Source of the DNA: an uncultured virus (IMG/VR IMGVR_UViG_3300037541_000827)
Taxonomy: Duplodnaviria; Heunggongvirae; Uroviricota; Caudoviricetes
Virus record (IMG/VR): IMGVR_UViG_3300037541_000827
Reading direction: 5' to 3' (one strand)
DNA: 20,000 nt
Part shown: positions 15,294 through 20,000 of the stretch, in pieces
How positions within the stretch are numbered: the stretch's first letter is position 1
Layout of the letters: the number at the start of each line of letters is the position of its first letter
Program-made: the position numbers and the translations under genes
The notes under the pieces: model-generated
The model's input: the letters and a program-made list of their open reading frames with translations, nothing else
The model's database searches: none
Told to the model about the DNA's origin: nothing

Positions 15294-15711
15294 TTCGGCG
15301 CTGCTGATGCGTGCTCCACATGAACCGGAAGCCCTGCAGCAGATCACGATCAACGACGGGGACTTCACCCTCCACGCACCCTTCCCAGGCATCAACATTC
15401 CCGAGGAGGGCCGGCACTTCCCGCCGGGGTCGCTGCAGCTGATCGTGGATGAGCACGACCGGCAGATCATCGACGTCACCACCACCCTGCCGATTCCTGA
15501 GCGGGTGGCCACCACACCCTGCAGCGGCTGGTGCCGCAAGCAGCACATCTATTTCGATTTCGGCATGACTGAACTGGCGGTGATCTTCTTCAACAGCAAC
15601 GGCTGGCCCATCGCTTGCCGTGAAAATGTCCTCAGCAACGACCTTCGCACTGGTGTTTGCTGGTGGCGCTTTGATTACAGCCGGCCCGATCCGGCGGTGG
15701 TGGTTCGATGA
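15013..15711 (+). CDS. Hypothetical protein (start uncertain)
   Basis: Long open frame with globular beta-rich composition. Possible starts at ATG 15013, GTG 15094 and ATG 15181. Confidence 0.6.
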   Translation: MAPPTGSRSLQTSSRVADLTVSADTPPVLQLAGVALDPNQHILKPWLTRSPLDRNSMGRPCVGKGVLNGIEWISVRNSNPSEAGQDRRLIYNGSSALLMRAPHEPEALQQITINDGDFTLHAPFPGINIPEEGRHFPPGSLQLIVDEHDRQIIDVTTTLPIPERVATTPCSGWCRKQHIYFDFGMTELAVIFFNSNGWPIACRENVLSNDLRTGVCWWRFDYSRPDPAVVVR

Positions 15712-15863
15712 CTGATAAGTAAGTTTATACGCTTTGCGGTGTGATTCTGCTTTCTGCGTCGCTTATTGCATGGTCTCCGGAAGCCGACATAAATATTCCT
15801 TTAGCCATCGTCTCTTTTGCGTTCTTCATTGGTTCAATTGCTAGTAATGCTGACAAACCATGA
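15708..15863 (+). pseudogene. Small two-TM membrane protein gene interrupted by TAA at codon 5
   Basis: MTDK*VYTLCGVILLSASLIAWSPEADINIPLAIVSFAFFIGSIASNADKP*; ATGA overlaps at both ends; AT-rich. Confidence 0.65.
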
Positions 15864-16879
15864 CCACCAACCCCGAACACATCAACCAGCTGGCCGCGAT
15901 CATCCGAGAGGTTGACCGGCGTTTGCCCGCTAACTACATCGACCCCGAGCACCAAGGGGGCGATCTCAAGTTGTTGCAGACCTTCTACCAGGCCTGCCAT
16001 ACCGAGGGCGGAACGGCCGATGAGATCCACCTTCGGGGTCTCCGGGCGGTGCTGGCTGCCCGTCCCGCCGCTCCCTCAGCGCCGGAACCCGTGCCCGACA
16101 AACCCGCCGATTCCCTTGCTGCTCGCCCGTTGCTGGAGAAGCTGGCCCGACTGGATGATTTGGTAGGAATAAACGTTGCCGAGGTGCGCCAGCTAGCCGA
16201 TCAGGCCGCCGCGTGGCTGCGGGCGAACCCGCCAGGCCAGCCGGTAGCAATTGAGCCGCGAGGCTGCCCGTTGCCGGGGGCCTGCTCCTGCGTTGTGCCC
16301 GGCGCCCGGCCAGCGCCGGAGGTGGAAGACCTAATTCGGTGTCTACAGATTCGTGCCCATTTACTGGGCGCGGAGGGTGCGAGCCTGAGCCAACGAGGTG
16401 ATGCGTACTACTTCGACCGCGCCGCCACCCTGCTCCAGCAGCGCTCCGCGCCCGCCCCGGCGGTGGCGCCGGTGGCCACGGATAAGGAGCTGCGCAGTGT
16501 TTACAGCGGCGGTCAGTGGGGTGCCCATGGCCCCGCCCTCCGCGATGTCTACAATCTGGGCCGCAAGCACGGCCCCCCCACCGCCCAGCCCGCCCCGCCG
16601 GCCGCGCCCGCCCCGGCGGTGGTGCCGGTGGCGGCCCGGCGCGGATGCGACGACGGTTTGATGGCCGGCGTGTGCGTAGCGCTGGCAACGGTAACGCTTC
16701 ACCATGACAGCGTTATCTGGAAAGAAATTGTTCAATCAGTTGGCGACGGCCTCTTGAATTACGCAGCCAACGTAAATCCCGAAGATTGGGATCTGGCCGG
16801 TTTTAGTAAGTATGCCCAAGCCGAGCTGGGCAAGGACAGGCCAGGCCCGCTACCCCAGGCCGGGGAGGTGGAGCCTTGA
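15860..16879 (+). CDS. Mosaic modular phage accessory protein (short domains joined by Ala/Pro linkers)
   Basis: Modules separated by AAPSAPEP, APAPAVAPVA and APAPAVVPVA linkers; ATGA-coupled start. Confidence 0.8.
   Translation: MTTNPEHINQLAAIIREVDRRLPANYIDPEHQGGDLKLLQTFYQACHTEGGTADEIHLRGLRAVLAARPAAPSAPEPVPDKPADSLAARPLLEKLARLDDLVGINVAEVRQLADQAAAWLRANPPGQPVAIEPRGCPLPGACSCVVPGARPAPEVEDLIRCLQIRAHLLGAEGASLSQRGDAYYFDRAATLLQQRSAPAPAVAPVATDKELRSVYSGGQWGAHGPALRDVYNLGRKHGPPTAQPAPPAAPAPAVVPVAARRGCDDGLMAGVCVALATVTLHHDSVIWKEIVQSVGDGLLNYAANVNPEDWDLAGFSKYAQAELGKDRPGPLPQAGEVEP
16446..16632 (+). repeat. 31-bp in-frame direct repeat (one mismatch)
   Basis: CCGCGCCCGCCCCGGCGGTGG(C/T)GCCGGTGGC at 16446-16476 and 16602-16632, 156 nt apart. 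Confidence 0.9.
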
Positions 16880-16965
16880 GCGACCACACCACTTGGGCCG
16901 ATGTTGCAATGAATCTCGTATTCCTAATCCCCACATTATTACTTATTTGGAGCCTGCGACGATGA
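16876..16965 (+). CDS. 29-aa single-TM peptide, not in the ORF track
   Basis: TTG overlaps the upstream stop (TTGA) with GGAGG upstream; MSDHTTWADVAMNLVFLIPTLLLIWSLRR; stop overlaps the next ATG. Confidence 0.65.
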   Translation: MSDHTTWADVAMNLVFLIPTLLLIWSLRR

Positions 16966-17543
16966 CCGTTGCCGATCGCCTCGCCCTGGCGGTGTGCCGA
17001 CTCATTGATCCAGCAACAGGCACATGCGCCACGGGCGAAATCTGCCAACGCTGCCGCCGCGACTCCGCCGCCGTCGCCCATAAGCTGGCCGCCATTCTCG
17101 GGGAGGGCCATAGCCTCAGCTCAGTAGACGCAGCAACAAGGGTTTCGTTGCTCATTGCTGAAATTCCTGCGCCGGGAACCATGTTGGTTGCTGCCGATGA
17201 AGTGTCGCCTGTTGAGCAGGAAATCACCGGCAACGGCAGTGGCGCATCGCTGCCGCCATTCAGCAATGAGCCACGGGTATGGGAGCCACTGCCGTTGTGG
17301 CTCGTTATGGCCAGAGCGGAAGCCAAGGAGAGCGGAAGCGACGCATACCTGCCCCTGAACTTCAGTAGTCGTTGCATCCAAGCGTGGGCGCCTGTGATCG
17401 AAGCCCTGGGCGATTGGTTGCTGCCGGATTCAGAGGCTCTGCCCATCAATGAGCTGGCCGCAGCCCAGCAGCACCTGCGCCATGCCCTTCGCGCCCGGTT
17501 GCTGCAACAAGCGCAAGTGGCAAGGGGGGCAGGCCCACACTGA
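16962..17543 (+). CDS. Hypothetical protein with N-terminal Cys cluster
   Basis: ATG at 16962 (MTVADRLALAVC...C...CQRC) with GGAG upstream. Confidence 0.7.
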   Translation: MTVADRLALAVCRLIDPATGTCATGEICQRCRRDSAAVAHKLAAILGEGHSLSSVDAATRVSLLIAEIPAPGTMLVAADEVSPVEQEITGNGSGASLPPFSNEPRVWEPLPLWLVMARAEAKESGSDAYLPLNFSSRCIQAWAPVIEALGDWLLPDSEALPINELAAAQQHLRHALRARLLQQAQVARGAGPH

Positions 17544-17567
17544 GACCAGGTTCATCCTTGCCTCGCA

Positions 17568-18341
17568 ATGCCGCCAACCAGCTCCAAGCCCGCCGCGGCC
17601 GCTCCTGAAGGCAAAGCGATCGAGGCACCGCAGAAGCCGGTGATCTTCACCTTCCAGGCCGTGCAGGACACCTGGCTGAAGAAGAGCACGGCCGCCGCGG
17701 CCGATCTTTCCGAGGATCAGAAGGTCATGGTGCCTGCGGGGCACCAGATGCCGGTGGTCGCCAGCACAGAGCTGCCTGGGCAGGCCCATGAGCTGGTGGA
17801 GCTGGGCCATGGTGCCGGCCAGTGGCATGCGTTTTCCCCCCACTTCCGGCGGTTGCAGGCCAAGGCGCCGGCGGCGGCCCCTCCAGCAGCGCTGCTCCTG
17901 CAGCCGGGAATGATCGACTGGAGCGACTTCGACGCCCTGGTGACGCCAAACCTGACGGTGGGGGAGGTGCTGCAGTTTGATTGGCGGCGGCGACCGTCGG
18001 CCCAGAGCTCGGTGATCCCCCGGATCCTGGGCACGGCGGCAGAGTTCCAATCGATCCGGCAGGCCTGGGGCCGCCCGTTGGGGATGACCAGCTTCTACCG
18101 GCCGGAGCCGATCAACCGGGAGGTGGGCGGTGTGCCCAACAGCTTCCACGTGACCGGGATGGCGATCGACATCTACCCGATCGGCCTGCCCCTGCAAGCC
18201 CTCTACAACTGGCTGCTGGTCCGCTGGACCGGTGGCTTTGGTGACGGCCGGGATCGTGGCTTCATCCACCTGGATCGCCGCAATGGCGGCCGCTTTGTGC
18301 CGGGTGCTGGTGTGCGGCCCGCCGCGGTCTGGACCTACTGA
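17568..18341 (+). CDS. Peptidase M15 family cell-wall peptidase (endolysin-like)
   Basis: TSFYRPEPINREVGGVPNSFHVTGMAIDI (S-x-H-x6-D) and GFIHLD Zn ligands. N-terminal AVQDTWLKKS...L...QKV accessory domain of the type seen in cyanobacterial cell-wall enzymes. Confidence 0.9.
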   Translation: MPPTSSKPAAAAPEGKAIEAPQKPVIFTFQAVQDTWLKKSTAAAADLSEDQKVMVPAGHQMPVVASTELPGQAHELVELGHGAGQWHAFSPHFRRLQAKAPAAAPPAALLLQPGMIDWSDFDALVTPNLTVGEVLQFDWRRRPSAQSSVIPRILGTAAEFQSIRQAWGRPLGMTSFYRPEPINREVGGVPNSFHVTGMAIDIYPIGLPLQALYNWLLVRWTGGFGDGRDRGFIHLDRRNGGRFVPGAGVRPAAVWTY

Positions 18342-19064
18342 TCAGGCCTTGGCTGGGCTCAGCACCCGGGCTTTGGAGGCCTGCAGCGCGCCGATCACAT
18401 CGGCCAGGCTGCCGTGGGCCTTGTTCCCGCCCTGGTCGCCGTCATACCAGCCCTGGCCCTGGCTGTTGGGCAGGCTGGCCCACTCGAAGGCCAGGTCGTC
18501 GATTGCGGCGGCCTGGTTGGTGCCCTGGAGGAGAAACCGCGCCAGCATGGGCCGCTTGCCCCGCAGCAGGATGGCGGTGGTCAGCCGATCCTGGTTCACG
18601 GCACTGAACAGATCCGCATCAGAAAGACCGGCCAGCGCTTGCTGCTCGAGCAGGGTGGAAGGGATCAGCTGAGGGGCCCCGACGGCAAACAGCTTCCCGT
18701 CCCGCTGCAGGGTCTTGATCTGGCCGATGGTGAGGTTCTGGAGGCCGCCGGGGTAGAGCTTGCCGAGACTGTCGCCGGCGCTGCCACGGTTGTAGGCCTC
18801 GTAGGGGCTGGCAAAGCCGCCAGCTTCGTGGCGGTAGATCAGATCCAGGAGAGGCCGGCAGGCCGTGATCTCCCTCTCCCATGGGCCCTGGGTTGCTGGC
18901 CTGGTGGCGGTTTTGAGCCAGGTGTCTTTGCGGATGTCGCCCCCATCGCCGAGCCGTTGAAGCTGCTCTGGCGTGAGCATCGCTTCAACAGCTCGCCAGA
19001 AGGCTTCATGGCCAGGATGGCCCGCCACCGTGTGGATGGCGTAACGCATGAGGGATGGAGTCAT
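18342..19064 (-). CDS. Lysozyme-like endolysin (lambda-R/GH104-like fold)
   Basis: LLDLIYRHEAGG (catalytic Glu), LTIGQI, AVGAPQLIPSTL, FSAVNQDRL and LAFEWASLP...GN; lies downstream of membrane genes. Confidence 0.85.
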   Translation of the reverse strand: MTPSLMRYAIHTVAGHPGHEAFWRAVEAMLTPEQLQRLGDGGDIRKDTWLKTATRPATQGPWEREITACRPLLDLIYRHEAGGFASPYEAYNRGSAGDSLGKLYPGGLQNLTIGQIKTLQRDGKLFAVGAPQLIPSTLLEQQALAGLSDADLFSAVNQDRLTTAILLRGKRPMLARFLLQGTNQAAAIDDLAFEWASLPNSQGQGWYDGDQGGNKAHGSLADVIGALQASKARVLSPAKA

Positions 19065-19408
19065 TCGTCTGCTGTGGTGGTGGGTTGCTGGTGCTCAGCG
19101 GCAATGGATGGATCAAACAGCAGCTGCAGAACACGCAGCTCCATGTCGCTGGGATCCCGGTGGACAACATGCTGCACCGAGGTGAAAAACACCATGTCTG
19201 TGGCTCGGGTGCCGCGCTGCATCGAGGGGATGATCTGCTCGTCGATCAGCGCAAACACCTGCGGCAGTAGCCGGCACAGATCACGGCCCAGGGCGTGCAG
19301 CAGCAGGCTGAGCAGCCGGCGCAGAAGCCAGGGGATCAATGGTTTGAGCAGCATTCCGATCAATGGTTTAGAGGATGGGGTTGGTGGCGGTGATGGCCTA
19401 GGTGGCAT
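19061..19408 (-). CDS. Hypothetical lysis-cassette protein with amphipathic/hydrophobic N-terminus
   Basis: ATG at 19408; LIGMLLKPLIPWLLRRLLSLLLHAL; stop overlaps the lysozyme ATG. Confidence 0.7.
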   Translation of the reverse strand: MPPRPSPPPTPSSKPLIGMLLKPLIPWLLRRLLSLLLHALGRDLCRLLPQVFALIDEQIIPSMQRGTRATDMVFFTSVQHVVHRDPSDMELRVLQLLFDPSIAAEHQQPTTTADE

Positions 19409-19640
19409 TGGATTCCTCCTCCTCACGGCGCAATGCCGGGTTGTAGGTGTTGTAGCCCTCCACAAACCCGGATTTTTCAGCCATCCTTTTGAAAAACGGC
19501 ACGCCGGCCACGCTGCCGCCGATCACCCAGCACGTGGGCCAGCCACCAGGAAGCGTTGGGGACAGCTCACAGCGCACGGTGAAGGCAAACCCCACCAGGG
19601 CCAGCCAGACGGCGGGGGGGAGGATGACGATCTTGCTCAT
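19398..19640 (-). CDS. Putative holin (two hydrophobic segments, charged tail)
   Basis: 80 aa; IVILPPAVWLALVGFAFTV and WVIGGSVAGVPFF; tail LRREEEE; upstream of the lysozyme. Confidence 0.55.
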   Translation of the reverse strand: MSKIVILPPAVWLALVGFAFTVRCELSPTLPGGWPTCWVIGGSVAGVPFFKRMAEKSGFVEGYNTYNPALRREEEESNAT

Positions 19641-19999
19641 TGCCCTTTCCTCTCGCTCAACTGTTGCTGAATAGCCTGAAGCCGAAGGTCTGACTGTGAA
19701 ACCATATTTCTTACCTCTTTAATTTCGTTTTCATTGCGTTCAAAGCGCGTGAATACAACATCGCGATGCTCTCTCATGTCATTGCGAATACCTTCAACCC
19801 CACCTACAAGGTGTTCCATGCCTGCGGCCAGCGTTGCGATGGCTGTAGAACTTGTCTTGTCAAGCTCTGCCATCTTATCGCGCAATTTGGTGCCTTCGGT
19901 TGCAAGGTTCTTGTCGCTGTCATCCGCCTTTTTGGCGCGATCGGCAACCATCGCGCCTATCCATTGCAGGATGGCGCCCCCAACGAGGAGTGCTACTTG
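19637..19999 (-). CDS. Membrane-anchored coiled-coil protein, 5'-truncated (lysis region)
   Basis: The frame stays open to the window edge: QVALLVGGAILQWIGAMVADRAKK..., followed by a coiled coil; stop overlaps the holin ATG. Confidence 0.7.
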   Translation of the reverse strand, partial: QVALLVGGAILQWIGAMVADRAKKADDSDKNLATEGTKLRDKMAELDKTSSTAIATLAAGMEHLVGGVEGIRNDMREHRDVVFTRFERNENEIKEVRNMVSQSDLRLQAIQQQLSERKGQ

Positions 20000-20000
20000 C

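Larger units (their letters stand above)
1..20000. mobile_element. Temperate tailed phage or prophage segment (packaging, replication, regulation, recombination and lysis modules)
   Basis: Terminase, phage initiator with iterons, ERF, DUF2303, lysins and holin-like genes in tightly coupled operons (ATGA/GTGA/TTGA/TGATG overlaps). No host housekeeping genes. Boundaries lie outside the window. Confidence 0.95.

Noticed and set aside
16446..16632. Diversity-generating retroelement TR/VR pair
   Set aside because: Only 31 bp, contains no adenines, and no reverse transcriptase is present in the window.
17665..18928. DTWLK occurring in both lysins
   Set aside because: A five-residue match with unrelated flanks; probably chance.
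18414..19670. 418-aa + strand ORF
   Set aside because: Antisense shadow across the coupled lysis genes.

Overview
GC-rich, densely coding segment of a temperate tailed phage or prophage. The host is probably a picocyanobacterium (Cyanobium/Synechococcus-like); this is inferred from the lysin N-terminal domains, the repressor family and C-rich gene leaders. From left to right: (i) a leftward packaging operon (ParB-like, multi-HTH protein, probable terminase small subunit, terminase large subunit, small ORFs) facing a frameshifted winged-HTH gene; (ii) a divergent protein resembling the C-terminal half of a large serine recombinase with no catalytic domain; (iii) a leftward replication operon with an HTH initiator carrying an internal iteron plus AT-rich origin, a Zn-binding partner, an apparently inactivated PD-(D/E)XK exonuclease and a 175-aa minimal family X polymerase; (iv) a strongly structured intergenic region, then a repressor-like gene with a CBM5/12-like domain inserted in its HTH; (v) a rightward operon with a divergent ERF annealase, a DUF2303/YfdP-like pair, a DUF559/Vsr-like endonuclease, a mosaic linker-repeat gene, two small unannotated membrane ORFs and an M15 peptidase; (vi) the end of a leftward lysis cassette. 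No tRNA, rRNA, CRISPR array or intact integrase was seen. All family calls come from motif recognition by eye; no database search was run.
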